Positions 9,312 to 19,105 are shown, counted from the stretch's first letter. The stretch is 64,000 nucleotides of DNA from an uncultured Methanomassiliicoccales archaeon (GCA_963755265.1 CAVWKV010000080.1:28096-92095), one strand, 5' to 3'. Program-made: numbers and translations. Notes: a model not told the origin generated them from the letters alone.

Positions 9312-12300
9312 TACTTTCCACCCCCTACGAGGGCAGCATCGATCTGTGCGATGATCTGGTTGTTCTTGAAGCCTTTCTGTTCCATGGCACCGGACGGGCA
9401 TGCCGCCACGCAGGTACCGCAACCCATGCACAGTCCTTCATTGACCACTGCCTTCAGTTTCTTCGGGTCCTTCGGGTCCACCACGGTGGTGATCGCCTTG
9501 TACTCGCAGACCGGCTCGCATATGCCGCAGCCGTCGCAGATCATGTCGTTCACCGCCGCGATGATTCCCCTGGGTCTCCAGGAACTGCTTCGAGATGATG
9601 GTCATTGCCCTGGCGGCCGCTCCGGACGCCTGTGCGATGCTCTCATCGAGGAACTTCGGCCAGTGCGCCAGCCCAGCCATGTATATGCCGTTGGTGGCGA
9701 AGTCTACTGGCCTCAGCTTCATGTGCGCCTCGAGGAAGAATCCGTCCTTGCTCAGCGGCACCTTAAGGATCTTGGCCAGGTGCTCGTTGTCCGGCTGGGG
9801 CCTGATGCCTGCGCTAAGGACGACCAGGTCGGGCTTGAACATCAACGGCGATCCCAGGATCACATCGTCGGCCACGATCTTCAGACCGGCGCCTTCCTTG
9901 CTGACCACCGGGTCTTTCTCCTCGGGGAACCTGACGAACTTGACACCGAGTTCTGCGGCATCCTTGTAAAGGGACTCGCGGAACCCGTAGGTCCTGATGT
10001 CCTTGTGGAAGACATAGACCTCTGCTGTCGGTTCCTTCTTCATGATCTCTATGGCGTTCTTGACCGCCTTAGAGCAGCACACCCTGCTGCAGTACGGGGC
10101 CTCCTTGTTCCTGGAACCTACGCACTGGATCATCGCTACCTTCTTGGCATGCAACTGACCGTGGTGCAGCTTCTCCTCCAGCTCGGTCTGTGTGATGACG
10201 TTCTTGTCCTGGCCATAGAGGAACTCCTTTGGCTTGTACTCCTCACCGCCGACCGCCACTATGACAGCTCCGGTCTCGATCTCCTTCCCGCTGATCTTGG
10301 CCTTGAAGTTGCCGACGAAACCGGTCAGGTCCTCGAGTTCGGAGTTCATGTGGATGCTGATGTTCTTGTTGTCCTGGACATTCTTGATGATCTCATGCAT
10401 TACGTTCCTCGGGCTCTTGCCGCCCTCGTACGTAAGCAATTTGTTCATCTTGCCGCCCAGCTCTCCGGTCCTCTCCACGAGATCGACCTTGAATCCCTGT
10501 TGCGCGATATCCAGCGCGGCGGTCATTCCCGCCAGTCCGCCGCCGATGACGACAGCCGAGTGGGTTACTCCCAGCCTGGACTTGGTCAGGGGCTCGAGGA
10601 ACCTAGACTTGGCGACGGCCATCCTTACCAGGTCCTTCGACTTCTGGGTAGCCTTTTCCGGCTCGTGCATGTGTATCCAGGAGCACTGGTCACGAATGTT
10701 GGCCATCTCGAACAGGAACATATTCAGTCCAGCTTCCTTGATGGTGCTCTGGAACAGCGCCTCGTGGGTACGGGGCGTGCAGGACGCGACGACGACACGA
10801 TTCAGCTTGTGCTCCTTGATGAGCGATTTGATCCTCTCTTGTGAATCCGCTGAGCAGGTGTATTTGTTCTCTTCCGCATAGGTGACGTTCGGCAGGGTCT
10901 TGGCGTAGTCGACGACCGACGGCACGTCAACGGTTCCACGGATGTTGATACCGCAATCGCAGACGAAAACACCTATCCTGGGCTCCTGTCCGTGAACGTC
11001 GGTCTCAGGGGTCTCCTTGACCACCGAATCGATTCCGACCCGGTTCTCAAAGACCATCGCACCGGCCTTGGACGCCGCTCCGGACGCTTCCGCGACGGTG
11101 GTCGGGATGTCCTTCGGGGCCGTGAATGCACCGCTGACGAACACCCCCTTCCTCGATGTCTCCAACGGCGAGTACACACCGGTCTGACAGAACCCATACG
11201 GGTTGAGCTTTATACCGATCCTGTCGGCGATGTTCTTCGCTTCCACAGGTGGCTCGAATCCAACCGAAAGCACGACCATGTCGTACTCTTCGGCCGCTAC
11301 GTCCTGACCACTGCTGTAGCGCAGGATGAGGTTCTTGGTCTCGGGGTTCTCCTCGACTGAGGCCACCCTGGTCCCACGATACATCTTGATATGATATTCC
11401 TTCTCGGCACGGGCCCGATAGTCTTCGAACTCCTTACCGAAGGCCCTGATATCCATGAAAAAGATTGTCGGTTCGAGCCCCGCGGTGTGCTCACCGGCAA
11501 TGATAGCCTGCTTCATGGCATACATACAACAAACCGACGAGCAGTACGGGTTTCCGACCTTCTCGTCCCTGGAACCGACGCACTGGATCCAAGCTACCTT
11601 CTTCGGGGTGCGGTGGTCGGTGGGCCTGACCACATGTCCCTGATAGGGGCCAGTTGCAGACAGAATCCTTTCGAAATCGAGGCTGGATACGACGTTTTTG
11701 AATTCGCCATATCCGTATTCCTTCTTGGCCCGGGCATCAAAGATATCGAAACCGGGGGACAGGACGATCGCTCCCACGTCGATCTTCTGTTCGGTCGCCT
11801 TCATCTCATAGTCAACGGCGCCGGCCGGGCAATTCTTCTTGCATAGACCGCATCTTCCCTTGGTGAGGAACAGGCATTTGGTGTCGTCGATGGCGTACTT
11901 CATCGGTACTGCCTGGGCATATGGGACATAGATAGCCTTCCTCGTGACCATTCCTTGCTCAAACTCTGCTGGGGTCTTCGAGGGGCACTTTTCAGCGCAT
12001 ATTCCGCAACCGACGCAGAGGTCCTCTCGGACGTATCTCGGGTGCTTCTTGAGGGTGACGGTGAAATTTGGTGCTTCACCTTCTACTTTCATGACCTCGG
12101 TCAAGGTCATCATGGTGATCATCGGGTGTCTTGCTGCCTCCACTAGTTTCGGGGACAGGATACACATGGAACAATCGTTCGTAGGGAATGTCTTGTCCAA
12201 TTGTGCCATCACACCGCCAATACTTGGCTTTCTCTCGGTGAGGTAGACCTTCAGTCCAGATTCAGCCAGGTCTAATGCCGTCTGAACGCCGGAAATGCCT

Positions 12301-12338
12301 CCTCCTACAACCAATACGGAACCAGTCTTTGCCGACAT
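9311..12338 (-). CDS. hdrA: Heterodisulfide reductase subunit A, double-length tandem-module form, interrupted by an apparent 1-nt frameshift near 9566-9571
   Basis: ORF 9438..12338 (966 aa) plus ORF 9311..9553 in another frame. Two FAD GxGxxG sites (VVGGGISGV, VIGGGLAGM), DCSMCILSPK, an inserted ferredoxin (CVGCGICAEKCP...CGLCKKNCP) and an internal HdrA N-domain (IGVFVCDCG...ASCTPR...DQCSW). The C-terminal 2x[4Fe-4S] domain (CDGCGICEPVC...CMGCGTCVAACP) is in frame only after the shift. Confidence 0.85.
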
Positions 12339-12665
12339 TTGTGCTCCTCCTTAATTTACAATCCTTCAATTTCAGTTAACGGAACGACCTTCGCGGTAAA
12401 CGAAGTTCTCAGAACGGACGCCCTGTCGTCGTCAAGGCGCCCCGCGCCTCGGCCAGAACCTTCCTTCGTACCGGTCAGACTTTCCACCTTCCAACAAACG
12501 CTTGCTGCGGCCCCACAGATCGCTTGCATCGACCTGGTAGCCAATCTTGCAACCCTTTTCCGTTTCCTACGCGGTTTCGGCTGCGTTTAAGAACCGCTAA
12601 TCTGCCTCCATTCACCGGTTGTTTCGTGGAGGGTGCCGTGTTATGTCGTGTCGCGGTTTTTCGTG

Positions 12666-12683
12666 AATACGGATGTCCGTATT
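12666..12683. promoter_or_regulatory. Inverted repeat AATACGG-atgt-CCGTATT overlapping a TATA-like element of the hdrA-mvh operon
   Basis: Perfect 7-bp arms. On the minus strand it reads cgTTAAAATACGGACATCCGTATTcacg, so the palindrome abuts or overlaps TTAAAATA about 320 nt upstream of the hdrA ATG. Confidence 0.3.
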
Positions 12684-12772
12684 TTAACGTTTTGTACTTT
12701 ATCACGGCAATGATACCGAGTATCTCTGATGCCCTCTTTCTTAAGAGCTTTTCGCTTTATTTCTTTCTATTA

Positions 12773-12800
12773 ACCGAAGGTTCGGTCCGACGAAATTTCG
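12773..12800. promoter_or_regulatory. Two adjacent palindromes (ACCGAA-gg-TTCGGT and CGAAATTTCG) upstream of the zinc-finger gene
   Basis: Read directly at 12773-12786 and 12791-12800, in the AT-rich divergent promoter region between hdrA and the gene at 12893. Confidence 0.25.
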
Positions 12801-12892
12801 AATGTTACCTATCGTTAGATGGATGATGGATAGCTTCAATGTAATGAACCGTAGTATAGGTATGCACGGAAGTTCTTCTCCATTGACCTCTC

Positions 12893-13681
12893 ATGCCGTA
12901 CTTTCTATCAATTAAATGGAATCACGGACAAAGGATTTTAGACCCAAAGCGATTTGTGACAAGGCGTGTCAAGGTCACAGGTAAGGGAGAGCATCTCGCC
13001 TTGAGGAACCCTTTCGAATTCTTGTTTAAAAAACGGTTGGTGATGCATTGGGAACCGGTCGTGGAGGATACAATCGATCCTCAAACTCGGCCCCGGCCGA
13101 GGGTGACCCCAATCAAACCAAAGTACGAAATCGTGGTCTGCCAGATCTGCATGGGACGGGTTAAACAAGGCTTGAACGTAGCTAAATGCGAATGCGGCAA
13201 AAGTTTTCATGATGTCTGCCTGGAACGGACCGGGTTCTGTCCCTATTGTCATAAGATCTATGATACAGCGACAGTGGCAAGCATCTCCAAGAAAAGGGAG
13301 ATGCCGAAGATCGAAGCTCTCCCATGCCCATCATGCGGCCAGATGATCGATGCTCGAGCCAGAAGATGCGCTTGCGGGGCCGTCTTCGTGGAGAATAACC
13401 AATTTGATTGCGTCAGTTGTGGGTCTGTGGTCGATGCCGATAGCATGGTTTGCAATCATTGCGGAGAAACTTACGAGAACTACACTCCCATGCTCTGTCC
13501 TATATGTTCCAGGATATTCAATGAAGAGTCCGGCCGTTGTGAGTGCGGAGCTTTCACCGGCGATCACTGTCCAGAATGTGGGGTCCTCCTAGAGGTCGAC
13601 GATCGGGCCTGCCCCCGATGCGGGACATTATTCGAATATATCGGCACCCCAGATGAAATCGCGAATAGAAACCATATCTAA
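12893..13681 (+). CDS. Cysteine-rich protein: RING/PHD-like C4HC3 finger followed by four CxxC...CxxC zinc ribbons
   Basis: 262 aa. CQICMGRVKQGLNVAKCECGKSFHDVCLERTGFCPYC, then CPSCG..CACG, CVSCG..CNHCG, CPICS..CECG and CPECG..CPRCG. No enzymatic motif seen. Confidence 0.6.
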   Translation: MPYFLSIKWNHGQRILDPKRFVTRRVKVTGKGEHLALRNPFEFLFKKRLVMHWEPVVEDTIDPQTRPRPRVTPIKPKYEIVVCQICMGRVKQGLNVAKCECGKSFHDVCLERTGFCPYCHKIYDTATVASISKKREMPKIEALPCPSCGQMIDARARRCACGAVFVENNQFDCVSCGSVVDADSMVCNHCGETYENYTPMLCPICSRIFNEESGRCECGAFTGDHCPECGVLLEVDDRACPRCGTLFEYIGTPDEIANRNHI

Positions 13682-13773
13682 TCGGCAACCGCACGGAATT
13701 GAACATCTTTCATTATAAAGCCAAGAACAAATGGAATAAATATCACGTTTGTATTATTCAATCAAGGGTGTGG

Positions 13774-14889
13774 GTGCACTTGAAATCATTATTTGACGTT
13801 CCAGACGAAGGAAAAAAAGAATCGCGGGAAGAAGCCCCTAGCATGCAACCGCAGATGACCAGCGAGGATGATGCCGAGCTTATGAAGCTCGTCGAGACCC
13901 TACGGATCAAGATCTCGATCATTGGCTGCGGGGGCGGCGGATCGAACACGACCAGAAGGGTGACTCAGGCGGGCGTTTCGGGTGCCACCATCGTAGCTTG
14001 CAACTCAGATGCCAGGCATTTATTGGGCATCCAGGTCCCGAACAAAGTACTGCTGGGCAAGTCCACTACCAAGGGCTTGGGAGCGGGTGCCATCCCAGAG
14101 ATAGGACAACAGGCAGCCGAAGAATCCGAAGGAGACCTGAGGAAATACGTCCTGGGTGCAAACATTGTGTTCGTCACAGCAGGCATGGGTGGAGGAACGG
14201 GCACTGGATCTGCGCCGGTCGTTGCGGAGATGGCGCGGAGACAGGGAGCCCTGGTCATAGGGATAGTGACATTACCGTTCAAGGCGGAGGGCAGGATCAG
14301 GATGGAGAACGCCATCAAAGGCCTGAATAACCTGCGGGAGCACTGCGACACAACCATCGTGGTCCAAAACGACAAGCTGCTGGAACTGGTGCCGAGACTC
14401 CCGATCGAAGCGGCGTTCAAAGTGGCCGACGAGGTCCTGATGCAGAGCATAAAGGGCATTACCGAAGTTGTCACAAAACCCGCCCTGGTCAACCTAGATT
14501 TCAACGATATCCTGACCATCATGAAGAACGGCGGGATAGCGATGATTGGAATCGGTGAATCCGATTCCGACGACGACCGTGTCAACAAGGTTATCCATGA
14601 TGCATTGAGCTCGCCGTTGCTCGGTGATGTCGACCTTCGCGAGGCAAAGGGAGCAATGATCCGGGTAGTCGGCGGACCAGACATGACGGTCAGCGAAGCG
14701 GAACGGGCCGCAGAACTGGTCAGCCAGGCTGTGAACTCACGGGCAAGGGTCATATGGGGATGCGCGGTTGAACCAGATATGAAAGGAAAGCTCACCGCCA
14801 TGGTGATCATCACCGGTCTGAAACAGAACAGCGTTGTCGGGAACACAGAAGCGGCCAATTGCCCTCCATCGCCGGCGAAGGCCCGGTAA
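13774..14889 (+). CDS. ftsZ: Cell division GTPase FtsZ
   Basis: ORF 13699..14889. IIGCGGGGSNT, GLGAGAIPEIG and TAGMGGGTGTGSAP form the tubulin signature. The start is uncertain (GTG 13774 or TTG 13780 behind TATA-like aataaatat, or ATG 13843). Confidence 0.9.
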   Translation: MHLKSLFDVPDEGKKESREEAPSMQPQMTSEDDAELMKLVETLRIKISIIGCGGGGSNTTRRVTQAGVSGATIVACNSDARHLLGIQVPNKVLLGKSTTKGLGAGAIPEIGQQAAEESEGDLRKYVLGANIVFVTAGMGGGTGTGSAPVVAEMARRQGALVIGIVTLPFKAEGRIRMENAIKGLNNLREHCDTTIVVQNDKLLELVPRLPIEAAFKVADEVLMQSIKGITEVVTKPALVNLDFNDILTIMKNGGIAMIGIGESDSDDDRVNKVIHDALSSPLLGDVDLREAKGAMIRVVGGPDMTVSEAERAAELVSQAVNSRARVIWGCAVEPDMKGKLTAMVIITGLKQNSVVGNTEAANCPPSPAKAR

Positions 14890-14900
14890 AGACGGCGGGT

Positions 14901-15233
14901 ATGGTAGTCAAGGAGAGACGTGGACGCCGGCGTTACGTGGTATTCGAGACGTCGGAAAGCGTTGATGCCGAGACCGTGTCGCGGGAGATCATCTCAAGCT
15001 CCGTGCGCCTAGGCGTTCGTCCTCCGAAGTTGATCCAATTTGAAGGGCGTCGCGGCATCGTCCGCTCGTCCGAACCGGAGAAGGAAGCGACCCTAGAACT
15101 GATAAACGCCGCCGACCTACCGATGAGGACCCTTCGCACTTCCGGGACGCTCAAGACGCTCAGGGAGCGTTACTTCCTGCCTAAACCGAAGGATGAGAAA
15201 GGAGTGGGGAATGGACGGCGGCAAGGCCGATAG
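14901..15233 (+). CDS. rnp2: RNase P protein component 2 (Pop5/Rpp14 homologue)
   Basis: ORF 14859..15233. MVVKERRGRRRYVVFE...LIQFEGRRGIVRS...TSGTLKTLRERYF parallels the archaeal Pop5 pattern (KRYIAF...FD...GIIRC...VSGTIKRLK). Confidence 0.75.
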   Translation: MVVKERRGRRRYVVFETSESVDAETVSREIISSSVRLGVRPPKLIQFEGRRGIVRSSEPEKEATLELINAADLPMRTLRTSGTLKTLRERYFLPKPKDEKGVGNGRRQGR

Positions 15234-15348
15234 GCACTTTATATCGACCATGCCAGCATCACAGAAGTTCAGGTCATAAACTACCCAACAAATATATAGT
15301 CGAGGATAACTTAAGGTGAGGTCGTAACGCGTTCGAAGGAGTGATTAG

Positions 15349-16071
15349 ATGCAACCAGGACAAATGGCATACGATCGGGCCATAACTGTGTTTTCGCCGG
15401 ACGGAAGATTGTTCCAGGTGGAGTACGCTAGGGAGGCGGTCAAAAGGGGGACCACAACCGTCGGGCTGAAGTTCAAGGACGGAGTGGTCCTGATAGTGGA
15501 CAAGAGGATCGCCAGCAGGCTCATGGAACCGAAGTCCATCGAAAAGATATTCAAGATAGACCACCACATCGGCTGCGCCACCTCTGGACTTGTAGCCGAT
15601 GCCAGGATACTCGTGGACCAGGCCAGGGTCATCGCCCAGGTGAACAAGATCACATACGATGAGAATATGGGGGTCGAGGAGCTAGTAAAGCGCATATGCG
15701 ACTACAAACAGAACTATACTCAATACGGCGGCGTAAGGCCGTTCGGTACAGCTCTGTTGGTCGCCGGCGTGGACGAACTCGGAGAGCACCTGTTCGAGAC
15801 TGACCCAAGCGGAGCACTTGTTTCCTATAAAGCAGGCAGCATCGGGGCCGGCCGCAATGTCGTGATGGAAGTGTTCGAAGAGCAGTACGCCGAAGGTATG
15901 TCCATGATGGACGCGGTAGAGCTAGGCCTCAAAGCGCTTAAGAAGGCGACAGAGGAAGAGAAGCTCAACCCGAAGGCCGTGGAGATCGGCATCGTTAGGC
16001 GTGGAGAGAACTTCCGCCGCATGGACGATAACGAAGCTGAGACCTATATCCAAAGGGTCAACACCGCGTGA
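15349..16071 (+). CDS. psmA: Proteasome subunit alpha
   Basis: 240 aa. MAYDRAITVFSPDGRLFQVEYAREAVKRGTT is the canonical alpha-subunit N-terminus. Confidence 0.95.
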   Translation: MQPGQMAYDRAITVFSPDGRLFQVEYAREAVKRGTTTVGLKFKDGVVLIVDKRIASRLMEPKSIEKIFKIDHHIGCATSGLVADARILVDQARVIAQVNKITYDENMGVEELVKRICDYKQNYTQYGGVRPFGTALLVAGVDELGEHLFETDPSGALVSYKAGSIGAGRNVVMEVFEEQYAEGMSMMDAVELGLKALKKATEEEKLNPKAVEIGIVRRGENFRRMDDNEAETYIQRVNTA

Positions 16072-16082
16072 TCGAGGTCTAG

Positions 16083-16781
16083 ATGGTAGACATCGAGGAC
16101 GCGATCATCGCGAAGCTGGAGTCCCATGGGGAGACGTTTGAGATATTGATCGACCCCAAGGTCGTCAATCTACTCAAAGAGGGCAAGGAGCCCGACCTCG
16201 TAGAGCATATGGTAATAGACGAGGTCTTCAAGAACGCGCACAAAGGCACACGCTCGTCCGAAGAGAAGATCAAAGAGGTCTTCGGTACGAACGATGTTGT
16301 CGAGGTTGCCAAGCAGATTATCCTCAAGGGAGAGATCCAGCTTACCGCCCAACAAAGGAAGGAAATGTTGGAGAATAAACGGAAGCGGATCGTCTCTGAG
16401 ATAGCCAGGAACGCCATAAACCCTCAGACAGGGGGACCACACACCGCCGAACGCATCTCTATGGCCATGGACGAGGCCAAGGTGCATATCGACCCCTTCA
16501 AACCGGTCGAGCAGCAGATTAACCAAGTGTTAGATAAACTGAGGCCGCTGATCCCGATTCGTTTCGAAAAGATCAAGATCGCGATCAAGCTCACCGGGGA
16601 CGAGTACGGCAAGTGCTACGAAGACATCATCCATTTCGGGAAGATAATTAAGGAAGAGTGGGAGGCCAACGGGGCCTGGATCGGTGTGGTGGAGATCCCT
16701 GCCGGGATGAGGGACGACTTCTACGGGCGTCTGAACGAACGGACCAAGGGGAACGCACAGACGAAACAGCTCAAGAACTAG
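16083..16781 (+). CDS. sdo1: Ribosome maturation protein SBDS/Sdo1
   Basis: 232 aa. AKLESHGETFEILIDPKVV...DEVFKNAHKG and its position in the exosome superoperon. Confidence 0.9.
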   Translation: MVDIEDAIIAKLESHGETFEILIDPKVVNLLKEGKEPDLVEHMVIDEVFKNAHKGTRSSEEKIKEVFGTNDVVEVAKQIILKGEIQLTAQQRKEMLENKRKRIVSEIARNAINPQTGGPHTAERISMAMDEAKVHIDPFKPVEQQINQVLDKLRPLIPIRFEKIKIAIKLTGDEYGKCYEDIIHFGKIIKEEWEANGAWIGVVEIPAGMRDDFYGRLNERTKGNAQTKQLKN

Positions 16782-16849
16782 ACGTCTCGGTGCTTCTATG
16801 GAAGGGAAGGTTTTTAAACCAATCAGGATTTGCATGAAGATGTGGTCAA

Positions 16850-17536
16850 ATGAATAGAGAAGGTGCAGGTGGAAACCGAGAGTTAGTCATTCCCGGAGAT
16901 CTGCTCGATGCGAGCGGCCTCAAGGCAGGAAGCGGCGCCTATGCTGAGGAAGGCAAGGTGTTCGCCGCTCAATTGGGCTACAAGAGCGTCAAGTCAAATT
17001 TCGTGAACGTTATTCCCCTGGGCGGGAGATATATACCGGCCGCTGGCGACAGCGTGATCGGGAAGGTGATTGACATCGGGCCATCGAACTGGCTCATCGA
17101 CATCAACTCTCCTTACCCGGCTCCGTTGCATGTCAACGAGGTGCCTTGGAGGGTAGAGTTCGGAGATACCTCCAAGTACCTCAACGTCGGAGACACCCTG
17201 TTGGCAAAGGTTCTGATGGTGGATGAGACCAAGAGAGTCCAGGTCACCATGAAGGAACAGGGGCTACGGAAACTGTCTGGCGGTCAAGTGATCGATATTT
17301 CATATTGCAAGGTACCTAGGGTGATCGGGAAGGGCGGTTCAATGATCCAATTGATCAAGAGTCACACTAATTGCCGAATCTTCATAGGTCAGAACGGAAG
17401 GATCTGGTTGGATGGGGAGATCGAGAGCATGGTGACGGCGATCCACGCGATCCGCATGATCGAGGAGGGCGCCCAGGCATCCAGGCTCACAGAGAAGGTA
17501 AAGGAATATCTGGAGTCAGTAGCGAAATCAAGTTGA
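16850..17536 (+). CDS. rrp4: Exosome complex RNA-binding protein Rrp4 (S1 + KH)
   Basis: 228 aa. VIPGDLL, an S1-like core and the KH motif [11 protein letters not shown]; synteny with rrp41 and rrp42. Confidence 0.9.
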   Translation: MNREGAGGNRELVIPGDLLDASGLKAGSGAYAEEGKVFAAQLGYKSVKSNFVNVIPLGGRYIPAAGDSVIGKVIDIGPSNWLIDINSPYPAPLHVNEVPWRVEFGDTSKYLNVGDTLLAKVLMVDETKRVQVTMKEQGLRKLSGGQVIDISYCKVPRVIGKGGSMIQLIKSHTNCRIFIGQNGRIWLDGEIESMVTAIHAIRMIEEGAQASRLTEKVKEYLESVAKSS

Positions 17537-17549
17537 TCTGGTGAACTTT

Positions 17550-18329
17550 ATGAGCGGAAACACAGGTGTTAAACTCATTGATGACAATGGGATTAGAATA
17601 GACGGTAGGAAGGTGGACGAGTTAAGGCCGATCAAGATCGAGGCCGGCGTCCTGAAGAGCGCAGACGGTTCTGCATACGTAGAAATCGGCAAGAACAAAG
17701 TATTAGCGGCGGTCTACGGACCCAGGGAATGCCACCCAAGGCATATGCAGAACCCGGCCAAGTCCATCGTCCAGTGCAAGTATAACATGATCGCTTTCTC
17801 GGTCGGGGACCGCAAGCGGCCAGGACCGGATCGGAGATCGGTCGAGATATCCAAGATCATATCCGAGGCGTTGGAATACGTAGTGTTCACCGAGAACTTC
17901 CCAAGGACCTCAGTTGATGTTTACATAGAAGTCCTGCAGGCAAACGCTGGAACCAGATGCGCCGGTCTGACTGCCGCATCTGTGGCATTGGCCGACGCGG
18001 GGATCCCGATGAAGGATTTGGTCCCGGCAATCGCCGTTGGAAAGGTGAACGATCAGGTGGTCCTAGACCTGAACAAGGAAGAGGACAATTATGGCCAGGC
18101 GGACGTCCCGATCGCCATGATTCCACGCACAGGAGAAGTGCTATTGCTTCAGATGGACGGCCATTTAACCGTGGCGGAGTTCAACAAGGCAATGGATTAC
18201 GCCGTCCCAGCATTGGAACAGGTGTACCAGATGCAGAAGGACGCGCTACGTCGCAGATACGAGTCGACCGAGACCGCTGAGGAATCTACCGATGATCAGA
18301 CCGCATCCGAACCATCTCAGGAGGCCTAA
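17550..18329 (+). CDS. rrp41: Exosome complex exonuclease Rrp41 (RNase PH-like)
   Basis: ORF 17541..18329 (GTG; ATG at 17550). [43 protein letters not shown]. Confidence 0.9.
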   Translation: MSGNTGVKLIDDNGIRIDGRKVDELRPIKIEAGVLKSADGSAYVEIGKNKVLAAVYGPRECHPRHMQNPAKSIVQCKYNMIAFSVGDRKRPGPDRRSVEISKIISEALEYVVFTENFPRTSVDVYIEVLQANAGTRCAGLTAASVALADAGIPMKDLVPAIAVGKVNDQVVLDLNKEEDNYGQADVPIAMIPRTGEVLLLQMDGHLTVAEFNKAMDYAVPALEQVYQMQKDALRRRYESTETAEESTDDQTASEPSQEA

Positions 18330-18331
18330 GC

Positions 18332-19105
18332 ATGGCCCGCTCGGTAGTATCCGAGATTAAGAGGGACCACATCCACAAGCTCATAGCCAAGGGCAAGCGA
18401 GTGGATGGAAGAGTGTGGGACGAGTTCCGACAGATCTCCATCGAGACCAACTACATCGAGACGGCGGAAGGTTCGGCCCGGGTCAAACTGGGCAACACTG
18501 ACGTGCTGGTCGGGGTCAAGATGGGCATCGGAGCGCCCTTCGAGGACACGCCGGACAAGGGTGTATTATCAACGAACGCGGAACTTATCCCGATGGGATC
18601 CCCCAATTTCGAGGCCGGTCCACCGGACGAGAACTCGATCGAACTGGCCAGGGTCGTCGACCGGGGCATCCGGGAGTCCGGAATGATCGACCTGGAGAAG
18701 CTCTGCATCGAGAAGGGGAAAGAATGCTGGATCAACTTCATAGATATCTATGTGCTAGATTACGATGGGAACCTATTCGACGCGGCGTTCCTCGGTGCGG
18801 TCGCAGCACTCAAGACCTGCAAGGTCCCGGCCAAGGAGAATGGCAAGGGCGAGGACTTCATGATGCCGATAAAGAAGACACCGATCTCTTGCACGGCCGT
18901 ACAGATAGAAAACGTTATATTGTTCGACCCGACTCTCGACGAAGAAAAAGTGGCTGCGGCTAGATTAACCGTGACCACCGACGAGAACGGTGACCTCAGG
19001 GCCATGCAGAAAGGCCTGCGCGGTGCCTTTACAATGGATCAGGTCAAGAACATAATCGAGACCTCCCAGAGACTAGGCAATGAGCTGAGAAAGCTGGTAG
19101 GGTGA
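18332..19105 (+). CDS. rrp42: Exosome complex component Rrp42
   Basis: 257 aa. RVDGRVWDEFRQISIETNYIETAEGSARVKLGNTDVLVGVK, an RNase PH-like fold. Confidence 0.9.
   Translation: MARSVVSEIKRDHIHKLIAKGKRVDGRVWDEFRQISIETNYIETAEGSARVKLGNTDVLVGVKMGIGAPFEDTPDKGVLSTNAELIPMGSPNFEAGPPDENSIELARVVDRGIRESGMIDLEKLCIEKGKECWINFIDIYVLDYDGNLFDAAFLGAVAALKTCKVPAKENGKGEDFMMPIKKTPISCTAVQIENVILFDPTLDEEKVAAARLTVTTDENGDLRAMQKGLRGAFTMDQVKNIIETSQRLGNELRKLVG

Noticed and set aside
8502-10844. A 780-aa plus-strand ORF spanning mvhG, mvhD and hdrA.
   Set aside because: It is antisense to three genes with unmistakable motifs, and its product is low-complexity (Leu/Arg/Pro/Gly-rich) with no domain features. Long antisense ORFs recur opposite ftsZ (13965..14858), the DHH gene (20633..21205), glnA (22617..23207), nox (27872..28711), top6B (45166..45861, 46046..46690), ppsA (56689..57372) and porA (58687..59304). 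They are best explained by codon bias suppressing stop complements.
12400-12660. Possible RNase P RNA or SRP (7S) RNA on the minus strand, prompted by GGUGGAAAGUCUGACC and CGAAGGAAGG.
   Set aside because: GGAAAGUC resembles RNase P CR-I, but there is no matching ACAGAA...GGCUUA partner strand for P4. Only about 170 nt remain before the hdrA ATG, too short for the rest of the molecule. The SRP helix-8 consensus (GGAAG...AGCAGC with a paired 3' strand) is also not satisfied. The region is kept only as an unexplained leader.
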